Assembly (NCBI GenBank): GCA_964187785.1
Contig: OZ076409.1
Span: 49,478,001-49,542,000 of the forward strand
Direction of reading: 5' to 3'
Source: Amphiscolops sp. MND2022
Lineage: Eukaryota
DNA: 64,000 nt
In this document: in pieces, positions 12,591 to 23,304 of the stretch
How positions within the stretch are numbered: the stretch's first letter is position 1
Layout of the letters: each line of letters begins with the position of its first letter
Program-made: the position numbers and the translations under genes
The notes under the pieces: model-generated
What the model was told of the DNA's origin: nothing
The model's database searches: none
What the model saw: only the letters and a program-made list of their open reading frames with translations

Positions 12591-15500
12591 ATGACAGAAT
12601 GCAACGAAGAACCGACACAGGACTGGCAACGTCGTTGGAACGTAGGCATGATCCTCAGACACAATGCACGACACCCAGAAGACCCAACACCACTACCCCA
12701 ATGGATAACAGAATCGCCTGATAACTACGCGACACTAAAAAGACCCCTACCAGAATCAAAGACCGAACGCATCTACATATATGACAAAGACTACAGATGT
12801 GACCCCTGGGATGAACCAGCCATCTATGACACAAACAAACTCTCTTTTAAGATCCAAGTTTCAAATCCTCAAGCTCAAGTTACCGAGAGTACAACCCTAC
12901 CAACACCTTTGTCACCAATCCTAAAAAAGACGTCACAGTCCTCGCCAGTACCCGTCACCACCACGTACACACCAATAGATGCAGAGAATATTATCTGCAT
13001 CGAAGACAAAACAATATGGTCACAACAAGCAAAAGAACAACGAGGAGTAGCTGACCAAACAGTTTCACCCCCAACAACAACATCTGAATGGCCAAATCAG
13101 AACAACAACCACGAAGACGACGAAGTAACGGAATGCCCACAACAACTGCCATACGATCTCAACATCATAAGAGAATTCATACAACATGATAAAGATGACG
13201 ACTACATTCCGTTAATGTCGGCAATTACCCTCAAAAAGAAGAAAAGAATGCTCTTTATTCCTCTCGACTTTGAAAACACTAGAATTGATGCATTAGTCGA
13301 CTCGGGAGCCTACATCAACGTCATCAGTGAAAGAGATGCAGACAAGATACAAACTGAAGCCAACGCAACCATAATCGCGAAAGCACCTCCGCCCCCTTTC
13401 AAGATACAATATGCCAATACAGAACTCGAAAAAGCCCGTGCAACATACACAATGCAATTCAAAATCGGGGATTACGCGTTCGAGGAGACTTTCATCATCA
13501 TGACCAAAACCTCCTACCCAATCATTGGCCTGGCATTTCTCCGGAAACATTCCGCAATCCTAGACACTGCACAAGGAACAATAGACTTTCCCAAAATACA
13601 AATCACTCTAGCCCTAAAAGATGAAAGACAGAAGTGTAATCCCAAACCCATCACTATCAAAACGGAAGAAAAACACACCATACCAGCACAAGCCACGCGG
13701 ATTATCCACGCGTCCATCACTGCAAGCAACGACCACTCAATAACTGGGACAGTTCAACCCCTACCGCAGTTCGACGAAAATGCAAAACTTATAGTAGCCC
13801 CAGCAATAACAACAGCCCGAGACAAACGAGTAGCAATAAAAATAGCGAACACCACAGATTTCCCCTATACAATAACGCCACATACGAAACTAGCAGAATT
13901 ACAAATACTGAAACCCGAAGAAACGAAACTAATACGAGCAGTAGACATAGCAGCCCTCAATCTACTTACCGAACATGACGACGTTGTTGCGTACGTTAAT
14001 GCACTCATGCAAGTTGATTCGTCAGACCAAACAGAAGAGAAATTCTGGTTTCCAACACCTGAAAATCCCGGAGACGAATCGGAACACACACCCATCCAGC
14101 AACGCATTCTACGAGAACTACGCGAACTACAAAGACTAGAAGAACTGGACCCCAAACAAGATGAAAAATCTAGAACACAATTCCTCTCGCTATTTAAATG
14201 GAATGATTCACTAATAACGGGAGAGGACCGCGAAAATCTAGAGTCCACATTAGTCGAATTCAATGACATTTTTGCACGTCACCGACTAGATATCGGAATG
14301 AACAACCAGTTCAAGGTATCCCTAACTCCCAAAAACGACAAACCGGTATATACACAGAGTCTCCCCGTACCCATCAACCTCAAAGACGACCTCACAGTAG
14401 AATTGGCACTGATGCACAAATACGGGATCATCACAACCCTCCCATTCTCGAAATATGCCAGCCCCATCTTCGCGCAACGCAAACCCAACGGAAAACTACG
14501 GCTCCTAGTAGACTTACGGAAAATCAACGCCCTCATCTCAGATGACTACATAAATAACAACCACCCCATCAGCACCCTCTCGGACGCCGCGCAACATCTA
14601 GCAGGAAAGCAACTGTTCTGCAAACTAGACTGCTCACAAGCCTATCACTGCCTCCAAATGGCAGATCAAAGGTCAGTAGAACTCCTTGCATTTAATTTTG
14701 CTAGTAGAACGTTTGCCTATCGTAGGCTAGCCCAAGGCCTTAGTAGAGCCTTGTCAGCTTTTTCGAGCTTCATGCGGGAATACCTCGACACCGTCATCAA
14801 AGCAGACCAGTGTGCCCAATACGTAGACGACATCGGAATTGCCGCCAACACAACGGAACAACTCATCAAGAATATCAGAGCAGTCTTCAAATGCATCCGC
14901 AAGGCAGGACTAAAACTCACAATTGAAAAATGCCACTTTGGTGTCACCCAAATCGAATTCCTAGGGAGAACCATCACACCCCACGGAGTAGCTCCGCAAG
15001 AACACAAAATCACCAACTTCTTATCAAAAATCAGATTTCCCCGGTCAAAGAAACAAGTCCAGAAATACATTGGATTCATCAACTACTACCGAAACTACAT
15101 ACCAAGACTGTCTGAAAAAATGATTGGGATGTATGAACTCCTAAAAGCAGATGCCAAAATCACCATATCAGAAGAATTAGTCGACAACTTCAAAGCCATC
15201 AACGCGAGCCTAGCGGAAGCATGTGGGTTAGCCCTCAGACAACCAGTTGCGGGAAAACAATACGTACTAATGACGGACGCAAGCTTCCGGGCATCAGGTT
15301 ACGCCCTGATGATAGAAGAAAACGACGATAAAAAGCTACTCTCCAAACGGAAAACTTTCGCACCGGTCGCTTTCGGCTCCCGCGTATTCTCGCCGTCACA
15401 ACTGAAGATGTCGATATACTGTAAAGAATTCCTCGCAATATATCATGCATTCCTCGAATATAGTCACATTCTCTGGGAAACAACACTACCTACACTAGTA

Positions 15501-17711
15501 CTGACAGACAACAGGTCAGTAACGAGATTTTTCCAGACGAAAACAACGCCACCCGCTCTCTGGAATGCCTGTGACTACGTACTACAGTTCAAATTTCGCA
15601 TCATGCACGTAGCTGGCTCGCAAAATACAGCAGCTGATTTCCTGTCTCGCCTCGAATTAACTCCAAAAGAGAGAATCCAACTCAAATTGAGAGACGACAT
15701 CATAACAGCACCCATCGAGGTTAACCTACAGTCTACAGATGTTGCAGACGAAGAACAACTCTTTTTCCTACCAGACGAAGAAGAGGAATCAGAACAAGAA
15801 ATTTTCGCCAGGAAAGCCCTTAGCAAACAACGAGCAATAGACGAAAAGGAACAACAAAACTTGACAACGGAAGTCACTGAAACAGTACACATACCTCTCA
15901 ACTCAGCAGTATACGCTTTTGGAGCCATCAAGGAAAACGCCCGCATCCGCAACGAACAAGACGCAGACCCGATATTGAAAGCATTGAAACTACGGCTGCT
16001 TCACGAAGAATACGACAAACACCTTCTCAAGACAGAACCCAGAGGACGAAACCTACTACGTCACGAAGAAAGAATAATAGTCAAAGACGGAGTACTCATG
16101 CGTAAATACTACGGACAAGATGGCACAGTAACACATCACCAAATCCTCATACCAAAACATATAGTGCCAGAACTCCTATCGACACTACATGGAAAAATGA
16201 ACAAACACCCAGGAATAACCAAAATGATTCAGGAAAGCCGAGCAAAGTACTACTATCCGGGACTAGCGCGGAAAATTAGAGCCTGGGTAATCAACTGCCC
16301 AGATTGCATCGCCAACAAACGAATTGACACGCGCCAAATACGCCCTAAAATGCTGAGTAACACAGAATTCACATTCGGACCAGAAGATTGCCTAGAAGTC
16401 GATATACTACCAAATCTACCCTCATCAAACGGCTACAAACACATCGTAACCATGATGGATGTTTTCTCCCGTTATTTATTCGCATACCCCACTCAAGACA
16501 TGACAGCCAGAACAGTCGGCCGATGCATAATTGACGTTATGACGCGTCATTGTTATCTGCCTACAGTGATGCTAACTGATAAGGGATCACAATTCCGATC
16601 AGATGTAGTAAATCAAATTGCACAGACACTTGACATCCGGATCAGCCACGCGTCAACAAAGCATGCACAAACAATCGGCATACTCGAAAGAACGCATGCA
16701 TCTCTGAAGACTTCCCTCAAGATATCAACGGGAGAACGCCGCTCAATGTGGCACAAATACGTTCAAATTGCAGTCATGAATTACAACACTAGCTACCACG
16801 AGAGCCTAGGATGTGAACCAACAACCGTATTTCACGGACGCATCCCGTACAACATTCTGGACATCAAGCTGGGACTCAAGCCAGAATGGAAAAAAGATGC
16901 CAACGAAGACCTAACGGACGAACTACAGAAGCAAATCGCTGAAATCCACCAGGCAGCCAAGGACAACCTCATGCAATCATATTTGAAGTACAAGCGATAT
17001 TATGATAAAAAAGCGACAGCAACGCCATTGAAAATCAATGACTATTGCTACGTCCTGAACCCGAAGGCTGATAACCAGTCAATAAAATTCGCTTTCAAAG
17101 ATTGCATTTGGACAGGACCATATATAGTGGTCAAAGTCCTTTCCAATAACAATTACGTCGTAAGACGGACAGGAACTAGATATACGCAAACCCTCCATAG
17201 AATTCGCCTAAGGCTATATGCGCCCAATCAACGAGTACCTGACGTAACAGTCAAAGTGGAAGATCAACTTCCAGATCCCGAGGTTAAAACAACCCATGAT
17301 GATTGGTACGCGCAAGCTTGGGAAACCGAATTCGGAGAAGTTCTGTTCGGAACCCCAACGGAAAACGACAATGAAGAAGCTACTATCACGGAAGTACAAA
17401 ATGCAGACGGAGATACAACGGACCATGAAACAGCTACAACAACTGCAGATGAGAATACAATGATGGATAAAACATCCTCCGGAGATAACACGTCATTCAA
17501 TTTAGACGTCAGTGATAACCCTTTCATAATGACCCCGCCGCCTACAGAAAGTCCCCCAATACCGCCTACATTGCCGCCTATAGTTGTCGGATACAATCCT
17601 AGAAAAACGGGAAGATATAACCTACGACCTAATCCTAGACCTAATGCACACCCTGATTTTCGGATGCTCGACGCTATCACTACGGAAGAGAATTCTCAAC
17701 CTCAACACTGA
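12591..17711 (+). CDS. pol: Pol polyprotein (protease, RT, RNase H, integrase); probably expressed as a Gag-Pol frameshift fusion from about 12498
   Basis: Uninterrupted 1706-aa ORF with ALVDSGA (protease), YVDDI (RT), LMTDAS (RNase H), HHCC zinc finger H..HPG...CPDC, integrase core EVDIL/TDKGSQF/GILER, and a WTGPY motif. Confidence 0.98.
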   Translation: MTECNEEPTQDWQRRWNVGMILRHNARHPEDPTPLPQWITESPDNYATLKRPLPESKTERIYIYDKDYRCDPWDEPAIYDTNKLSFKIQVSNPQAQVTESTTLPTPLSPILKKTSQSSPVPVTTTYTPIDAENIICIEDKTIWSQQAKEQRGVADQTVSPPTTTSEWPNQNNNHEDDEVTECPQQLPYDLNIIREFIQHDKDDDYIPLMSAITLKKKKRMLFIPLDFENTRIDALVDSGAYINVISERDADKIQTEANATIIAKAPPPPFKIQYANTELEKARATYTMQFKIGDYAFEETFIIMTKTSYPIIGLAFLRKHSAILDTAQGTIDFPKIQITLALKDERQKCNPKPITIKTEEKHTIPAQATRIIHASITASNDHSITGTVQPLPQFDENAKLIVAPAITTARDKRVAIKIANTTDFPYTITPHTKLAELQILKPEETKLIRAVDIAALNLLTEHDDVVAYVNALMQVDSSDQTEEKFWFPTPENPGDESEHTPIQQRILRELRELQRLEELDPKQDEKSRTQFLSLFKWNDSLITGEDRENLESTLVEFNDIFARHRLDIGMNNQFKVSLTPKNDKPVYTQSLPVPINLKDDLTVELALMHKYGIITTLPFSKYASPIFAQRKPNGKLRLLVDLRKINALISDDYINNNHPISTLSDAAQHLAGKQLFCKLDCSQAYHCLQMADQRSVELLAFNFASRTFAYRRLAQGLSRALSAFSSFMREYLDTVIKADQCAQYVDDIGIAANTTEQLIKNIRAVFKCIRKAGLKLTIEKCHFGVTQIEFLGRTITPHGVAPQEHKITNFLSKIRFPRSKKQVQKYIGFINYYRNYIPRLSEKMIGMYELLKADAKITISEELVDNFKAINASLAEACGLALRQPVAGKQYVLMTDASFRASGYALMIEENDDKKLLSKRKTFAPVAFGSRVFSPSQLKMSIYCKEFLAIYHAFLEYSHILWETTLPTLVLTDNRSVTRFFQTKTTPPALWNACDYVLQFKFRIMHVAGSQNTAADFLSRLELTPKERIQLKLRDDIITAPIEVNLQSTDVADEEQLFFLPDEEEESEQEIFARKALSKQRAIDEKEQQNLTTEVTETVHIPLNSAVYAFGAIKENARIRNEQDADPILKALKLRLLHEEYDKHLLKTEPRGRNLLRHEERIIVKDGVLMRKYYGQDGTVTHHQILIPKHIVPELLSTLHGKMNKHPGITKMIQESRAKYYYPGLARKIRAWVINCPDCIANKRIDTRQIRPKMLSNTEFTFGPEDCLEVDILPNLPSSNGYKHIVTMMDVFSRYLFAYPTQDMTARTVGRCIIDVMTRHCYLPTVMLTDKGSQFRSDVVNQIAQTLDIRISHASTKHAQTIGILERTHASLKTSLKISTGERRSMWHKYVQIAVMNYNTSYHESLGCEPTTVFHGRIPYNILDIKLGLKPEWKKDANEDLTDELQKQIAEIHQAAKDNLMQSYLKYKRYYDKKATATPLKINDYCYVLNPKADNQSIKFAFKDCIWTGPYIVVKVLSNNNYVVRRTGTRYTQTLHRIRLRLYAPNQRVPDVTVKVEDQLPDPEVKTTHDDWYAQAWETEFGEVLFGTPTENDNEEATITEVQNADGDTTDHETATTTADENTMMDKTSSGDNTSFNLDVSDNPFIMTPPPTESPPIPPTLPPIVVGYNPRKTGRYNLRPNPRPNAHPDFRMLDAITTEENSQPQH

Positions 17712-17913
17712 ATAAAAACGATCAGAGAACCAAACCGAACCGGAGTGGCAACGGTAAATTTTCAACTCATAACTAAGCTACGCAAAACAATTGGACAACC
17801 AAGGTGCCCCGAAAGAATAAATCAAAGCATCACACAAGGCAGAGCCAAATAAATAAATAAAGCATCAAGAAACAACTCAACATCAAATCAACGATATCAT
17901 AGCATTATCTGTT

Positions 17914-20900
17914 TCATGGCTTTCCCAGTTTGTGAACGACGTCTGGATCACAGATATCACCTTTTTTGTTCTTCTTAGACCCCTTTGAACCACCAGCCCT
18001 GCTCTGTTTTGATGAAGCTGCTCCACTTCCTTTATCGCTACCTTTAACAGCCGGACGAACAACGGGCACATCCGCCTTCACAAATTTTGTAACTGATGGC
18101 TTATTGGTCGACTTCCTCGAACTAGCAACAGAACTCGCCACACTTCCAACCTCAGTTGAACTAGAACAATGTCTTTCACGAGCACTTCGATTCGCTTTGT
18201 TTGACTCCACATAAAATGCCTCGCACTCCTTCCGTCGCTCCGAGACATGACGACAATACAGCGATTCATAATGTTTAATGAACGCATCCATATCGCCCAC
18301 GCAGAAATCCCTCCACACGTCAAAGTCAGTAACCCTGAAGAAGTCACCAGCATTCAGAAGAGCATCACGGATAGCGGACAGGAGTGAACCAGAAAAGAAT
18401 AACCGAGCATTAAAACTAGGCCCGATAATATGGGATTGCACCATCAAAATGCACTCTTGCAGAACAGACGACTTCAGCGTGCTACCACCCAAATCTATCG
18501 TCACAGCAGGAGGGTCACTCTTCGGCAATCCAACGAAAAGGCAACATAACTTGAATAGCCGAAATACGTGGACTCGGGACTGAAATGCAAAATCCCGCAA
18601 CAGGAAACTAATGACATCATCAATGTCACTCGCAGCACACGTAGCATCCTCGTGATGTCGCCGTTTCTCAATGACATAACTTTTAAACTCAGCAGAAGCA
18701 GCATTCAAATCGTCCGGTGTCATAACACGACAAGATCTCAACAAATCACAGAGGGAACCAAACAATTCGAATATGTGAAGATCATCGCCCTCCAACATAA
18801 TTTCAGGACAGAAGCTGTAGAGTCCGCGAGAAATACCAGAAGTAACAGCAGTGCTTGTCACAATTAGTGAGACAACACGATCAATACATTCACGACACTT
18901 CACCCGAAAATCTTGCACGTCGCCAGTCTTGATTGCAGACAATCCTCGCCCAAACTCACTATGCATTAAGAATTCGCTCATAGAAATCTGATCGAACCCA
19001 GAGAGTTTTGAAACATCCATATAACTCTCCCACTCATGTATCCCAGGCAAACTGGACAACTTGCGAGTCCGCATCAGGAGGCAATAAACGAAGTTACAGA
19101 CCTCGCCGTAACCATGGAAGGCGTAATCTTTACGGCCTTGACGAAGCTTCTCAAAGTTGAAGTAATCTAAAACGAAACACCCTCGTCAACAAACACACAT
19201 CTTGCCTCCAGGACACAGCAATCAACAGAAATTGAACGCAATAGCACCAACACAATAAAGAAAGCCAATCAACAAAAGACAACAGCCAATTGAAAGACCA
19301 TACTCCTAACGAAACGTCTCCGTACTTACAAGAATCCAACAGCAGCCGAAGGAAGCCAAAGCGATGCACAATGAGACTGTCGGAGACCAACTCGAAGTCC
19401 GTACCACGCAACTGAAATAAATAACACACCATCAAAATCAAATAGCAAAAGAGGAAGACAAGCAACTATAACCGAAGAAAAAAAAAACACGGAAACACGA
19501 AGATCGAACGGAAAAACAACCAAGAAAATTACAATGTAACAGCACTCACACGATCAACGGTACTCTTGAAATGCGGATGTCCCGTGTACCGAATGAAGGG
19601 ACGTATGGAAGGCCACAGCTCAATCAGATCACTTAAGATCTCCCGCAAGTCGCAAAAGGCCACAGAACCCGCACGTATGGTTGCACGCAGAAGAGGCTTG
19701 TCCTCGCTCCAGTCTTCATACAGAGCCCCTTTCAACCGATGGATTATATACTCCACTGCTGTTGTTATCTCAATCATTCCGAAAATATCCTGGTGAGCTT
19801 GGCGAAAGCACTGCAAAAACACCTCTTCATCAAAGGACTGCCAAGACACAAAGCGACGATCATCAGTTCTCCCTGCGTCCAGCACCCGAAACAGCGAAGG
19901 ACTGGCACCACAAATAGATACGGGCATCTGTTGCCCCTCCAAGCAGTTCACAACTCGGGCCAACGGAAGCAATTCAGGGGCAGGCATCCTTTGGTCGAGA
20001 GTCTCATTGCCCACACAAATCTTTTTCAAAACAAGCCCGTCCCAGCACAGAACATAGCACCGTTCGACATGACCAGACTTCTCAAATTGCACCCCGTACT
20101 CCTTAAAGGCCTTGATGTTGCTAATCATCAGCCGAAGAACCCGAGGGGCCAGCCCTTGACAAAGAAACGACTAAAATACGTACAACCGACCTCACTCCCA
20201 AATTACTGAAAATCATCATCCCTCCCCCACACGAACAAACTACGAAATTAAACTGGCGTAAAAAGAAGGAAAGAAACGAAAAAGAAGAGAAAACAACAGA
20301 CTAACCACAGTCTCCGAACGGCTCCAACGCAAAGGAAAACACGGCTCCCGTTCGCCCAAAGTTGCACAAAAATGGCCCCACAGACGACGAAGGTAGTCGA
20401 AGTCGCCACCATTACGAAGAAACTCGAAAAAGCAGGAAACCAGGGTCATGAAGGGCACATTTGAATCAGGCTTAGAGTGTTTGGGAACCAAGTCTTCTGG
20501 AAATGGGTACTCTTCACCCAGGTCACAAAAGGGCCGTGACTTGTAATCCGCCAGCTGTCTCTCTGACAATTCCATTGGTTCCATCAAACGGTTCAAAACT
20601 TGCAACCCCATGTGGACGCGATAGGTTACGTCTTTGAACCAATGGGCATCTGATTGGAAATGCCTCCTGAACTCGCCAACGCCCTGGGACTTCATGGCTA
20701 CATCACGTTGACAGACTCGACAATTGAAGTGGGTTCCCACACCCTTTTTGGAGCCCGTCACAAAATCGGGGAAGGCAGGATGACGACTCAACATCCGACG
20801 ATGGAGTATGTTGCGACTACCATACGTCTTCACCACTTTCTTCGTCAATTTTTTCTCGACCCTTCCGCTGAACTCCTGCAACTCTGTAAAACAAAATACA

Positions 20901-22031
20901 AAAATAGGCGCACAGATGAAACCCAAATTCCGAACCACACAACTGCCCGCAACAGCGTAGCCACCGAACACACACCGTTCAACCGAAAACCAAAAAATAC
21001 TAACCATTCTGGATAGCCAAACTGGTACCCTCCTTCACTTCTTCCACTAGCCGTTGACCAAGGCGTACCACGTCCTGAGGACTTAACATCACACCACCAG
21101 AGCGATACAGCTGCTCCTCATCGTTACCTGAAACAACAACGGATGTTTAATGGCAACTTAGAGAGAATATCACCCACCCGAAAAGTTCCTGACAAAATAT
21201 GACAAACTATTCCCTTTTTTCTTCTTCCTTCCTCCAGCACCACAGAGGCAAACCAAACAACAAATGCGAAAAACAACACACTAACTAAGCCAGTTACCAG
21301 CAGCATTCATCAATGGTGGAGGAGACGGTGGCAATAACACAACCTTCTTCCCACGTTTTGAAGGCGTAACGTCACCAACAGAAGCGTCAGCCGAATTATC
21401 TCCGCGCAGAACTATAATATCAAATATACTCTGGTGCTACCACCTACATGACGTAAACATGACGCCAAAAGCAAACCTCACCAACCTGTTTTCCTCTTGC
21501 TGGGGGGATCTGTCTCACCTCCTTGAGACTCACTATCGCTGCTAGTAGCGACAACAAGGCGAGTAACAGGACTACTAGTCTCGGGGAGAGTATTGGCAAC
21601 TTGAGGAGAAACCTCAGAGCAAGAAGCGACAACTCCGGAAGCACACAATACACTGGTCAACGCATCATTGACGCTGCAAGTAGACTTGGGCGGCAGAATA
21701 GTTGAAACCGACGGCAAAACATTAGCAACAGTGGAAGATACGCCCGTAGCAGGCACGGAAACAGTCACTGTCGGGATGCCAGGTTGAGCTACTGAAAATC
21801 AAGATCTGGTTTGACGCGTCAGGGTTACGGGTAAAAGACTACAAAAGGCTGATCACCAAAAGAATAGTCAAAATACCCATGAAAGTCAGAAAGATTTTAC
21901 CAACCTGAAGAAGTAATAACAGCATCTACATCTGAGAAAACCACATCATCATCAGTATAGCAGAAATTTGTCTCGTTTCCACTCACAGTACCAGCGACTG
22001 CACCAGATGAAGGAACAACAGCGTCGTCCAT
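17914..22031 (-). CDS. Antisense gene with 8 coding exons inside the retrotransposon; predicted 1067-aa hAT-transposase-like zinc-finger protein, probably catalytically inactive
   Basis: Coding exons (minus strand): 22031-21905, 21791-21486, 21411-21298, 21127-21005, 20883-20306, 20170-19550, 19411-19330, 19166-17914. Seven GT-AG introns of 74-170 nt with pyrimidine-rich acceptors, all phase-compatible, give 3204 nt (1067 aa plus stop). Contains a CRVC...H...H zinc finger and hAT-like motif order. Confidence 0.85.
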
Positions 22032-22593
22032 AACTCGGAAGATTACAGAAGTCTTCAAGAGAATCTGAAAAAGAAGAAAACAAATAATCAAAGAAAAGAA
22101 AAGGAGAAAACTACGTCGTGCTCCCGTAAAATTTTGGAAAAAATAACAACATCATCCCTGTGTGACTAAAGAAATGTACATATTTTAAACTTCAGTAAAT
22201 GCCCATTGCGGCACCGACGGGACAAAACGTTCCCACAAAAAATGCCACTGAAGAATCTAAATTCACCAGGAAGTTCTGAAGGAAAGCTTAACAAACTAAA
22301 ATTTACGAAAGATAGACGTTATTCTACCTAAAAGAAATGAATGATGTCATTGAACCGATGACCGAAAAGGAAACAGATACTAAATTAGAAGAGTTTTCCT
22401 AAAGCTACAACCAATCGCAGCGAAAGCGGAGAGGAAACGGCTCACCGAATTAGGTCGGACCGAAACGAAAATAAAAAATCAACCAATAGGATTGCAGCAC
22501 GAGGTACGAAAAGAAGATCACCAAACGGTCATTTGTCGTATAACTTTACAAAGAACAGCTTGTTCAGCTAAAAATCTCTACCAAACTATCGAA

Positions 22594-23304
22594 ATGGAAA
22601 GTTTTCATCAACGAAGCATCATCGACATTTCGTCTGATGAAGAAGCCACTCCGTTGCAGCAGAGTACTCCAATCAAGTACTACCCTTTAAACGTAGTGCA
22701 AGCCCTCAATTTGAGCGAAGAATCAACGACGGCTAAAATGGGAAGTGAATCCAGCATGGACATAACAGCGTCGACATTTGAGTCCGGCCCCTCCCCGTAT
22801 AAAAGAATCACTTTCTCAGCCACACGTGACGAAGAAAGAGAAGAATTCTCTGTGGAAAGGCCGCCGATAACAAACTCCGAATCAAGTTTTTATGAAGAAC
22901 TCGAGTCGTCTGATGAAATGCCCCGCCTAACTCCCGCACCCACTCTGAGAGAGGTGACGAATACGTCCCAAGAGGATTACGTCCCCCCTCCGAAGACGAC
23001 TAAACTAAATGATTTAGAAGAACTATCTGAAAATGAATTGGAAGACATCTGGGGTTTGAAGCCTAACGAGGATGACTTCTACTCGCTAGCTGGACGCGGT
23101 AGCAGCTTTACATCGAAAAAACTACAAAGGAACATCAGACAACCCGTGACGGTAGTGAAAGAAATTCCTCACTGCTCTGGTCTGCCAGCTTTTCGCGCCA
23201 GAGGGGCCCTGTCACGACCCGCTCCCGGTCGGGATTATTCTTGCTGCAGTGGCGTGCCGGGATTCAAAAGGGGGAGAGGACACGGAAGGCCTAAGCAAAG
23301 CTAA
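22594..23304 (+). CDS. Accessory ORF (236 aa from ATG 22594); acidic and S/T/P-rich, SIM-like IIDISSDEE, basic C-terminus encoded by the 3' LTR
   Basis: Long ORF in an otherwise stop-rich area; it crosses the PPT and the LTR start at 23210. The ATG context resembles that of gag. Confidence 0.6.
   Translation: MESFHQRSIIDISSDEEATPLQQSTPIKYYPLNVVQALNLSEESTTAKMGSESSMDITASTFESGPSPYKRITFSATRDEEREEFSVERPPITNSESSFYEELESSDEMPRLTPAPTLREVTNTSQEDYVPPPKTTKLNDLEELSENELEDIWGLKPNEDDFYSLAGRGSSFTSKKLQRNIRQPVTVVKEIPHCSGLPAFRARGALSRPAPGRDYSCCSGVPGFKRGRGHGRPKQS
23199..23209 (+). other. Polypurine-tract-like sequence
   Basis: cagaggggccc immediately upstream of the TG of the 3' LTR; short for a PPT. Confidence 0.55.

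Noticed and set aside
11073..17680. Minus-strand ORFs overlapping gag/pol (for example 11073-11717, 13865-14269, 17264-17680)
   Set aside because: Shadow ORFs expected opposite long coding frames with biased composition; no motifs.
17966..21705. Plus-strand ORFs opposite the antisense gene
   Set aside because: Short shadow frames of the minus-strand exons, without recognisable domains.
17914..22064. Independent hAT transposon nested in the retroelement
   Set aside because: No terminal inverted repeats or 8-bp TSD seen, the catalytic residues appear absent, and the strand composition matches the host element. Not fully excluded without sister copies.
17914..23304. env gene in the post-pol region
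   Set aside because: No plus-strand ORF with a signal peptide, furin site or TM anchor; the coding signal is on the minus strand and spliced.
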